Positions 1 to 6,969 of a DNA stretch of 13,035 nucleotides are shown here, one piece after another; positions within the stretch are counted from its first letter, which is position 1, and the number at the start of each line of letters is the position of its first letter. Origin of the DNA: Candidatus Thorarchaeota archaeon (GTDB lineage Archaea; Asgardarchaeota; Thorarchaeia; Thorarchaeales; Thorarchaeaceae). The stretch is taken from assembly GCA_016839605.1 (NCBI GenBank), contig JAEOTX010000120.1, forward strand, positions 1-13,035. The letters run 5' to 3'. Under the pieces are notes generated by a model. It was not told the origin of the DNA and made no database searches. It saw only the letters and a list, made by a program, of their open reading frames with translations. The position numbers were made by a program, and so were the translations under genes.

Positions 1-296
1 CTTCCGAGACCAGCAGTGACCTCTTCTTCCTCTTCTTTCTCTTCTTCCTTCTTCTCATCTTTAGCAGGGGCTGCCTCAGCGGCGCCACCAGCTGCAGGAG
101 CAGCAGCGACAGCCATAGGCATAGCTGCACCCTTTAGAGCCTCATCTATGTCAACATCCTTCAGGGCTGCAAGAAGCGCCTTGACTCTACCCTTGTCAGC
201 TGTAACACCTGCAGCGGTGAGCACAGCTTCCATGTTCTTGATATTGACCTTCTGGCCTGCTTTGTGGAGCAGAAGTGCTGAATATACGTACTCCAT
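1..296 (-). CDS. rpl12: Archaeal ribosomal stalk protein P1 (aL12), 3' end truncated by window edge
   Basis: Not in the ORF track; read by hand from ATG at 296: [31 protein letters not shown]...[16 protein letters not shown]...[35 protein letters not shown]. Classic MEYVY start, Ala-rich hinge and acidic tail. SD GAGGT at 305-309; follows rpl10. Confidence 0.97.
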   Translation of the reverse strand, partial: MEYVYSALLLHKAGQKVNIKNMEAVLTAAGVTADKGRVKALLAALKDVDIDEALKGAAMPMAVAAAPAAGGAAEAAPAKDEKKEEEKEEEEEVTAGLG

Positions 297-316
297 TTCT
301 ATCTACCTCGCTATTA

Positions 317-1333
317 TTATCCAAACAGGCCGCCGAGGCCTGCAACTTCTTCTTCCTCTTCTTCCTCAACCTCTTCAGTTTGCTCTGGCTCCTCTGTTGG
401 AGCCGCTGCAGCTGAAACCGCAGCAGCCTGAACTTGACTGAGGGCTTCGGAGGATATTGCGTCTGGGTCTTTCTCAGAGATTATTGCTGCAAGAGCAAAA
501 ACCTCCGAGTTTGCTTTGGCTAGGAACTCGCCTATCATGTCTGGCTCGAAGAACCCTATCTTCATAGTCAGACTCTTGGCTTCAATATTGGCCTTGGCAA
601 GCAGCACTGGAATGGTTTCCAGAGTGGGATAACCTGTGTTTATTGAAAGGTTGACTGCGTAGTGATGTCCAGCTATGACCTGTCCTAACAAATCACCTAT
701 GTCTACCTCCAGACTGTCACCAGTCATTATTGAACCATCAGCATATGCTGCTATAAGCTTCAGTTGCAGCTCCATTGGTTCGATTCCCAGTCTTGCTAAC
801 ATCAGTGCCATGGCGTTTGAGATTACGTTTCCAGACTTGACGGCAACGGTATCATTAGTGACGTGAATGACACCTCCCTTTACACGAGCTGGAATCTTCA
901 ATGCCGCTAGTTCACTGATGAATGGACCAGGAGCTACACCGGTGTTCATCGCAGGAACGATGATGTCTTTCTGCGCAGTCTGCCCGCCCTTTGCTGGAGC
1001 AGCAGCCTTGTTCTCGCTCAGGAACTTCGTCAGAACGAACGGATCCTGATTGCTGAACATAAAGGCCACAGGACCTGTAACATGCTCAACTAGATCCTTG
1101 ATTCCTTTCTTCTTAGCTGCTTCGAGAGCTCTAATCATCAACGTGTTTCGTGCCATCATCATTGTAGCAGAGCCTCTAAGGCTCTCTCTGATTCCAGAAA
1201 GCTGCTTTGCTCCGACACCCTCCACGTTCACAAGACCAATCATCTCGCTTCCGTCAATTCGGGCTGCGAGATCAGCCACTTTTTCAAGTTTCCATTGTGG
1301 AATTGTCTTCTCATATACTGACGTCTTAATCAC
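317..1333 (-). CDS. rpl10: 50S ribosomal protein uL10 (P0)
   Basis: IPQWK N-terminus, ARNTL, APAKGGQ, NTGVAPGP, LARLGIEP and acidic C-tail EEEEVAGLGGLFG; lies between rpl1 and rpl12. Start uncertain (GTG 1333 or ACG 1324). Confidence 0.97.
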   Translation of the reverse strand: MIKTSVYEKTIPQWKLEKVADLAARIDGSEMIGLVNVEGVGAKQLSGIRESLRGSATMMMARNTLMIRALEAAKKKGIKDLVEHVTGPVAFMFSNQDPFVLTKFLSENKAAAPAKGGQTAQKDIIVPAMNTGVAPGPFISELAALKIPARVKGGVIHVTNDTVAVKSGNVISNAMALMLARLGIEPMELQLKLIAAYADGSIMTGDSLEVDIGDLLGQVIAGHHYAVNLSINTGYPTLETIPVLLAKANIEAKSLTMKIGFFEPDMIGEFLAKANSEVFALAAIISEKDPDAISSEALSQVQAAAVSAAAAPTEEPEQTEEVEEEEEEEVAGLGGLFG

Positions 1334-1992
1334 CTCTCGATTGGCACATCGACCGTTGGTCCCATTGTACTCTTGACGAGTACTCCGCCAACACGGTCTA
1401 GGAATCCCTTGCTATCCACGAAGTTCAAGACGGCTGCAATGTTGTCAGCAATCTCCTTGTCAGCCATTTTCACATGACCAACCTTGACGTGGAATGTTGG
1501 TGTGTTCCTCATCCTTACTCGGACAGTCCGTTGATACTGGTCTACCACAGGACCAAGATCTGCTTGCGGCGGGAAAGGCCTTGGCATCTTCCCTCTGGGT
1601 CCCAAAGCTTGCCCAAGGTATCGCCCCACAAGGGGCATTGCATCCACTGCTGCGATGAAGAAGTCGAAGCCCTTTGCTAAGGCCTTTCTTTCCTTTTTCT
1701 CATCGCCGAGCTTTGGAATCTCATCCTTTGACACAACTCTCTGGACTCCAGCTGCTAGCGCTTTCTCAGCGAACTCACCATCCCCGAAGGCGCAGACCTT
1801 TGCAGGAGGAAACATGGCGTTAGGAAGGACGACCTCTTGATTGAAGCGGTTCTCAGGCTTAGTAACATCAAGTTCCTTCTTCCTGAAGTTGACAGCAACA
1901 TCAAAGCTCTGCTTGAACTTCCTTTTCTTCTTGGTCCCCAGTTTCCTTGCCTCAGCAACGGCAGCCTCAATGGGTTCAACTTTGACTGACAT
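1330..1992 (-). CDS. rpl1: 50S ribosomal protein uL1
   Basis: RKFKQSFD, DFFIA, GRYLGQALGPRGKMP and VKSTMGP motifs; SD GGAGG upstream; operon position. Confidence 0.98.
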   Translation of the reverse strand: MSVKVEPIEAAVAEARKLGTKKKRKFKQSFDVAVNFRKKELDVTKPENRFNQEVVLPNAMFPPAKVCAFGDGEFAEKALAAGVQRVVSKDEIPKLGDEKKERKALAKGFDFFIAAVDAMPLVGRYLGQALGPRGKMPRPFPPQADLGPVVDQYQRTVRVRMRNTPTFHVKVGHVKMADKEIADNIAAVLNFVDSKGFLDRVGGVLVKSTMGPTVDVPIER

Positions 1993-1995
1993 TGA

Positions 1996-2502
1996 TTAGC
2001 CCTCCCTGAGCGGTTCGTCTAACTGACTATCCCAGACACCATCTCTAACATCTTGCTGGAACTCCTTCGCTGTCTTTCCTTCTACTGTAACGCCCATGGA
2101 AACACAGGTTCCTGATACAATCAGAGCAGCACTCTTCATGTTGAGTGCCGATATGTCGCTTGCCTTCCCTTTTGCAATTGACTTGATTTGGTCAATGGTG
2201 AGGTTTCCGATGATGTTTGTGTTTGGCTCTCCCGATCCCTTTGGTTGACCAATCTCTTTCAAGATTAGGGCGCTAGTCGGTGGAGTTCCCACATCAACGG
2301 TAAAGCTCTTGTCATTAGGGTTGACTGTGATTTTGACTGGTACTTTGAGTCCAGCAAATGCCTGAGTGACCTCATTGATTTTAGTAACAACCTGGAAAAT
2401 ATTGACTCCTGTTGGTCCTAGTGCTGGTCCAATGGGTGGTCCTCCAGAGGCTTTGCCACCTTCTACCATCGCATCGACTATAATTGGCTTAGTTTCGCTC
2501 AA
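1996..2502 (-). CDS. rpl11: 50S ribosomal protein uL11
   Basis: VEGGKASGGPPIGPALGPTG, VPVKI, PPTSALI and GTCVSMGVTVEG motifs; TTG start preceded by GGAG. Confidence 0.98.
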   Translation of the reverse strand: MSETKPIIVDAMVEGGKASGGPPIGPALGPTGVNIFQVVTKINEVTQAFAGLKVPVKITVNPNDKSFTVDVGTPPTSALILKEIGQPKGSGEPNTNIIGNLTIDQIKSIAKGKASDISALNMKSAALIVSGTCVSMGVTVEGKTAKEFQQDVRDGVWDSQLDEPLREG

Positions 2503-2506
2503 TTTC

Positions 2507-2617
2507 TCACAACTCCTGATGCAGTAACCTCGATGAGTCCTTGGACACCTCGATTATGGTCGACCTAATGGCACAAGTAGCACTCTGTCCAATTCGGTCT
2601 ACTGCATTCATTGTCAC
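2507..2617 (-). CDS. Candidate small upstream ORF / leader peptide (36 aa; 42 aa from in-frame ATG at 2635)
   Basis: GGGGT SD (2625-2629), 7 nt spacer, then GTG; reads MTMNAVDRIGQSATCAIRSTIIEVSKDSSRLLHQEL; TGA ends 4 nt before the rpl11 TTG. No homology recognised. Confidence 0.3.
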   Translation of the reverse strand: MTMNAVDRIGQSATCAIRSTIIEVSKDSSRLLHQEL

Positions 2618-2657
2618 TTTCTTCACCCCAGACATGACGTCTTGCGTCTATGTCCAA
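2519..2657 (-). promoter_or_regulatory. Structured 5' leader of the rpl11-rpl1-rpl10-rpl12 operon
   Basis: Nested inverted repeats ATGCAGTA (2519-2526)/TACTGCAT (2600-2607) and TTGGACA (2541-2547)/TGTCCAA (2586-2592), plus a second hairpin at 2628-2657. Confidence 0.5.
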
Positions 2658-2689
2658 TTAAGGAGATGATTCGACCGCACATCTAGAAT

Positions 2690-2704
2690 GTTTTAAGCGT
2701 TTTG
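2690..2704 (-). promoter_or_regulatory. Putative BRE/TATA promoter of the rpl11 operon
   Basis: Minus strand CAAAACG-CTTAAAAC in the spt5-rpl11 intergenic region, resembling an A-rich BRE plus TATA box. Confidence 0.5.
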
Positions 2705-2728
2705 GAGTGGCTGAACGGCTCTTGCTTG

Positions 2729-3409
2729 CTAATCGTGAGCCCAGAATGAGTCATCATCCATCTCATCCTTTTCCGCATCAGTCACATCAGCGTCGTCGCT
2801 GACATCGGCATCTTCCTCACGATGTGCTTTTTCGACTATTTTGGCAAAGTCTGCGTGAACACGTATTGGGATTGTATGAGGGCTATCCAGAAGTTCCAGA
2901 ATGAGCTCTTCCTTTGCCGCGTCAACTCGTGCAACCTTGGCTCTTTCTCCCTTGAATGGTCCAGAAATGATTTCCACAACATCTCCGGTCGAAATTCCCT
3001 CTGCCGCTGGTTTGGGCACTAGGAACTTGTCAATCTCTTCGAAGCTGACCTTACCACCCACGCGACCTCGTACATGAGGTACACCAGAGATTGCAATCTC
3101 CACATCTCTGAACTCAAGGGTCTCAAGAAACACATAACCTCGTAGAGTTTCAGGCACAAGAATCGCTTTCACGCGTCCTAGAAGCTGGTTAGTCGAAACA
3201 AGCTTGGGCTCTCCAGTCTTCTTTTTCTTCTTCTTCTTGCAGCTGCTCATATGTTCCAGGGTGGCCTCTTTGGAAGAAAACTCCTCAGAACAGAAAGGAC
3301 ACTCCCAGACATCTGTTTCACCAATGACTGCTGTGGTGATGAGATCTGTGACTCCCTTTTCCTGGCCAATTGTCGTCCTTACCGCATAGATACTGCTTCT
3401 TGTTTCCAA
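2729..3409 (-). CDS. spt5: Transcription elongation factor Spt5/NusG with zinc-finger insertion and acidic C-tail
   Basis: NGN domain (IYAVRTTIGQE...AILVPETLRGYVFLE...VPHVRG) and KOW (GDVVEIISGPFKGERAKV); lies between secE and rpl11. Start reassigned to TTG 3409 (SD GGGGGT 6 nt upstream). Confidence 0.96.
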   Translation of the reverse strand: METRSSIYAVRTTIGQEKGVTDLITTAVIGETDVWECPFCSEEFSSKEATLEHMSSCKKKKKKKTGEPKLVSTNQLLGRVKAILVPETLRGYVFLETLEFRDVEIAISGVPHVRGRVGGKVSFEEIDKFLVPKPAAEGISTGDVVEIISGPFKGERAKVARVDAAKEELILELLDSPHTIPIRVHADFAKIVEKAHREEDADVSDDADVTDAEKDEMDDDSFWAHD

Positions 3410-3452
3410 ATAGAGACCCCCGTGATACAATGGATTCTGGATAGACTGGTAA

Positions 3453-3668
3453 CTAAAACAGTCCTGCCAGCGATGTTAGTATCCAGCTTTCTGTACCCCA
3501 TCGAGATGTGAGTGTGTTCATGAATATCTGAACAATGAAGCTCAGCATGCCAACTAGAATCATAGCCAGCACCGTGATCTTGGTACTTGTCCAGAGTTCT
3601 GTTCTGGATGGCTTGGTAGCTAGCTTGAGGATGCGTCTGCTCTCCTGAATGAATTCACTGATACCCAA
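3453..3668 (-). CDS. secE: Protein translocase subunit SecE / Sec61-gamma
   Basis: EFIQESRRILKLATKPSRTEL amphipathic helix and KP motif, then one TM segment; ftsZ-secE-spt5 context. Likely start TTG 3668 after GGATGTGA. Confidence 0.95.
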   Translation of the reverse strand: MGISEFIQESRRILKLATKPSRTELWTSTKITVLAMILVGMLSFIVQIFMNTLTSRWGTESWILTSLAGLF

Positions 3669-3720
3669 ATGTTTCACATCCTGGTGATTCAATACCCCTG
3701 ATTGTGGGATTCGGGTGCTC

Positions 3721-4917
3721 TCAGTCTAGGTCTTCTTTTAACCCTTCCTGCTTGTCCAAGTCGGGTTCATTCAACCTCTGTAGTCCCAGGTCTGTCTTTA
3801 GGTCATCTGCTAACGGCATAACTCTCTCCGTCTTATCGAAGACATATGGAGAGCTCACACCAGAGGCAATAATGGTCACGCGAATCCGATCTTCAAGTTC
3901 TGGAGAGATCAATGCGCCATAGATGATTTCTACTCCCGGATTCACTTGTTCAGTCACCAGTTCTACAACCCGTTTTGCCTCAGCTAACTGAAGGTCAGTG
4001 CTGCCACTAACGTTGACAAGGATGTTACGCGCATTTTCAATTGAAACCTCAATCAGTGGGTTCCTCAGAGCATTGATCACGGCTTCCTCAGCTCTATCTT
4101 CGCCCTCTCCCTCGCCAAGTGCGATGATTGACACACCACCATTCTTCATTGTAGTTCGAACATCAGCAAAGTCCAAGTTCACTAGTCCGGGCTTTGAGAT
4201 TAATTCCGCTATGCCCTTTACAGCTCTCACCAAGACTTCATCAGCCACCATGAAAGCCTCAGGCATAGAAAGGTCTGGTGCAATCTCTAGGAGCTTTTCA
4301 TTGGGTATAGCGATCAGTGTGTCAACATGCTCCATTATTGCATTGAGACCACGCTGAGCATTTCTTCTTCTTGTGTCCCCTTCTACCTCGAAAGGCAGAC
4401 ACACAATGGCAACTGTCAATGCGCCATTCTCTTTTGCAGCCTTGGCAACCAACGGTGCTGCTCCTGTTCCTGTACCGCCACCCATTCCTGCAGTTACGAA
4501 CACGAGGTCTCCTCGAACTACATCCTTTATGACCTCATACGACTCCAGACCCGCTGCTTCGCCTACATCTGGATCATTTCCTGCTCCAAGTCCTCCACAG
4601 GTTTCCCTGCCGAGAAGCAGCTTATGGTTTGAACTACAGAAATAGAGGTCCTGTGCATCTGTGTTTGCGGCGAGTGTTTCTGCCCCTTCCACTCCCACTT
4701 GCATCAGACGTGTTACTGCGTTATTACCCGCGCCGCCGACTCCGACTACAAGTATTCTGGCGCTCACAGACTCTAGTATATTAGCCAGATCCTCATCAGT
4801 TGTGGCTGATTTTCCAATGGCCGTCTTGGAGGATTTACTAGGGGTATCACGCTTTCCAGTTGTTGTTGGTGTCGTACGAAGGACCTCTTCCAATAATGGA
4901 TGCATTAGCTCACTCAC
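3721..4917 (-). CDS. ftsZ: Cell division protein FtsZ (FtsZ1-type)
   Basis: GVGGAGNN, NTDAQDL, GLGAG, AGMGGGTGTG signature and T7 loop NLDFADV all intact; upstream of secE as for archaeal ftsZ1. Start GTG 4917 or ATG 4905. Confidence 0.98.
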   Translation of the reverse strand: MSELMHPLLEEVLRTTPTTTGKRDTPSKSSKTAIGKSATTDEDLANILESVSARILVVGVGGAGNNAVTRLMQVGVEGAETLAANTDAQDLYFCSSNHKLLLGRETCGGLGAGNDPDVGEAAGLESYEVIKDVVRGDLVFVTAGMGGGTGTGAAPLVAKAAKENGALTVAIVCLPFEVEGDTRRRNAQRGLNAIMEHVDTLIAIPNEKLLEIAPDLSMPEAFMVADEVLVRAVKGIAELISKPGLVNLDFADVRTTMKNGGVSIIALGEGEGEDRAEEAVINALRNPLIEVSIENARNILVNVSGSTDLQLAEAKRVVELVTEQVNPGVEIIYGALISPELEDRIRVTIIASGVSSPYVFDKTERVMPLADDLKTDLGLQRLNEPDLDKQEGLKEDLD

Positions 4918-4953
4918 ACCTTCTGTTCAGTGTTAATATCGGTGTATTCTCCT

Positions 4954-4988
4954 AAGAAAAAGTGGAATACTACGTCGGTAATACCGAC
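4954..4988 (-). terminator. Possible terminator or operator between pfkB and ftsZ
   Basis: Perfect dyad GTCGGTA-A-TACCGAC (4974-4988) at the pfkB stop, followed on the minus strand by TTTTTCTT (4954-4961). Confidence 0.3.
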
Positions 4989-5959
4989 TATCGCCTACCC
5001 TTTCCCTTTCTGCGTTTCTTGGGCTTGAAAGTCCTCAATACTGAGTCAATAGACACACGATTCTTCTTGAGGAGTCTGGCGGTTTCATCCATTGTAGGCT
5101 GTCCGCTTTGCGCGCCTTTCTTTGTTATCGTAAGGGCAGCAACGGCATTTCCAACATGAAGGGCTTGTTCGATTCTCTCAGAGCGTGTCCAGGCTGTGAT
5201 GAAACCAGCTGCAAAAGCATCTCCAGCTCCCAAGGTATCTACAGCAGGGACATCAAACACTGGAGAGGTACAGTACTCAAATCCATCCGTGGCAACAGCC
5301 CCTTTTGCCCCCTTCTTGATCACTACAATCCCTGGTATTGTCTTTGCAAAAGCCTTCAGAGCTTTTTCACTTGGATTGACATTGAAGTAATTGCGTAGCT
5401 CTCCTTGGTTTAGGAAGAGAAGATCAGTTTTGCGGAGAATTGATTTGAAGTTCAATGAACCAGCAGCCCTTCCCGGATCAAATGAGAAGATCATCCCATT
5501 TGCAGTAGAAACCTCTTGAAGCCGCGAAGCCATCATCGGAAATGCACCAGCGAGGTGCATAACTGTTGATTTTACCAAGTATTCTTCATCGATGACATGC
5601 TTCTCCAAGAATCGATTAGCACCAGGTTCTGAAACTACAACTCTGTCTCCATTTCGTTGCTCCGCTAGGAAAAAGATTCCAGTTGGCTGATTGTCTAGGA
5701 CTAGTACAGAACTTGTGTCCACACCTACATTTGACAGGTCTTTCAGAGCTTGCTGCCCATAGAAGTCATCACCAACACAGCCAACAATTCCTGTGCCTAC
5801 ACCAAGTCTAGCAATCTGGGATGCGAAGTTCGATGCAGACCCTCCAAATGATATGAGTCCCTTCTTGCTTGTCACATGCTCATTCTTCGCTGGAATCCTG
5901 CTGACTTGCATTATGACATCGACATTGATTCTGCCGATAGCAACAACCTCTCGCACCAA
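4988..5959 (-). CDS. PfkB/ribokinase-family carbohydrate or nucleoside kinase
   Basis: GRINVD, GGSASN, GCVGDDFYG, DPG, FLNQGE, KKGAKGA and DTLGAGDAF (anion hole and catalytic Asp); substrate not assignable. Confidence 0.93.
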   Translation of the reverse strand: MVREVVAIGRINVDVIMQVSRIPAKNEHVTSKKGLISFGGSASNFASQIARLGVGTGIVGCVGDDFYGQQALKDLSNVGVDTSSVLVLDNQPTGIFFLAEQRNGDRVVVSEPGANRFLEKHVIDEEYLVKSTVMHLAGAFPMMASRLQEVSTANGMIFSFDPGRAAGSLNFKSILRKTDLLFLNQGELRNYFNVNPSEKALKAFAKTIPGIVVIKKGAKGAVATDGFEYCTSPVFDVPAVDTLGAGDAFAAGFITAWTRSERIEQALHVGNAVAALTITKKGAQSGQPTMDETARLLKKNRVSIDSVLRTFKPKKRRKGKGRR

Positions 5960-5971
5960 TTCAATTGCCTC

Positions 5972-6898
5972 TCACACTATAAGTGCCATAATCCCCTTCT
6001 GCGCATGTAGACGATTCTCAGCTTGATCAAAGACAACGCTATACTTAGAATCATCCATTATATCAGAGGTCAGCTCTTCATCGCGATGCGCGGGCAAGCA
6101 GTGCATCACAATCACATCTTTGTTTGCTTTGCCAACAAGAGATCTATTGACTTGAAATGGCATCAGGGCGTCTTCTTTCTCCTTGGATTTTTCCTGACCC
6201 ATGCTGAAGAATGTGTCAGTGTATATCACGTCAGCTCCCTTAACCGCTTCAGTTGGATCATTCACTACTTCCACGGTTGTGTTGTGCGTCTTACTCAACA
6301 CATCAGCTTTCTTGATGATATCCTCAGTGGGAGTGTAGCCTTTTGGTGAACCAATAGTGACATCCATTCTCATGATTGTGCAGCCCTGCATGATTGAATT
6401 ACTCACATTGTTTGAATCACCAACGTACGCAATCTTGAACCCCTCTAGCTTTCCCTTGTGTTCCTCAATTGTCATCATGTCAGCCATGATTTGACAGGGA
6501 TGATTGTAGTCAGATAGTCCATTGATCACTGGAACAGTGGCATGCTCCGCCAGTCCAGTCACTTCGTCGTGACCGAAGACTCGAGCCATAATCACATCAC
6601 AATATCTGCTCAGGACCATGGCCGTATCTGCAATTGTTTCTCCTCTGCCAAGTTGGGTGCCACTTGGCTGAAGATATAATGCATGACCCCCGAGCTGAGT
6701 CATTCCCACTTCAAAAGACACCCGAGTCCTTGTGGAAGACTTCATGAAAATCATAGCAAGTGACTTGCCTTTCAGAATCTCATGGGGTTCTCCATTCTTC
6801 TGTTTGCGTTTCAGTTCATGCGCCTTATCTAGCATGGCTCTCAGTTCATCTCTACTGAAATCTGAAAGATCTACAAAACTTCTACCCTTGAAATCCAA
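5972..6898 (-). CDS. argF: Ornithine carbamoyltransferase
   Basis: SSTRT carbamoyl-phosphate motif, HPCQ, DxxxSMG, HCLP and QAENRLH; TTG start 7 nt after GAGGT. Confidence 0.96.
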   Translation of the reverse strand: MDFKGRSFVDLSDFSRDELRAMLDKAHELKRKQKNGEPHEILKGKSLAMIFMKSSTRTRVSFEVGMTQLGGHALYLQPSGTQLGRGETIADTAMVLSRYCDVIMARVFGHDEVTGLAEHATVPVINGLSDYNHPCQIMADMMTIEEHKGKLEGFKIAYVGDSNNVSNSIMQGCTIMRMDVTIGSPKGYTPTEDIIKKADVLSKTHNTTVEVVNDPTEAVKGADVIYTDTFFSMGQEKSKEKEDALMPFQVNRSLVGKANKDVIVMHCLPAHRDEELTSDIMDDSKYSVVFDQAENRLHAQKGIMALIV

Positions 6899-6949
6899 AA
6901 TGGTAACCTCTACTGTTGGATTGACACCGAGGGTTCAGATTGTGCCGCG

Positions 6950-6957
6950 TAATAAAA
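6950..6957 (-). promoter_or_regulatory. Putative internal TATA box for argF-pfkB
   Basis: TTTTATTA on the minus strand, 52 nt upstream of the argF start in a 71-nt intergenic gap. Confidence 0.45.
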
Positions 6958-6969
6958 CTGTCCACCTGT

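Noticed and set aside
4-380. Similar low-complexity CT-rich tracts near 20-60 and 345-380
   Set aside because: They encode the expected homologous acidic C-termini of P1 and P0 stalk proteins.
2503-2728. tRNA or SRP RNA in the spt5-rpl11 gap
   Set aside because: No T-loop GTTCRA cloverleaf or SRP helix motif was seen, and the gap is too short for archaeal 7S RNA.
3218-3238. Spt5 poly-Lys tract as a frameshift site, or the insert as an intein/intron
   Set aside because: The tract uses mostly AAG codons, the frame stays open into conserved NGN sequence, and there are no intein terminal motifs or evident splice structure.
4770-4917. Thr/Ser/Lys-rich N-terminal extension of FtsZ
   Set aside because: A helix-linker-DE(D/E)L N-terminal arm is normal for archaeal FtsZ1.
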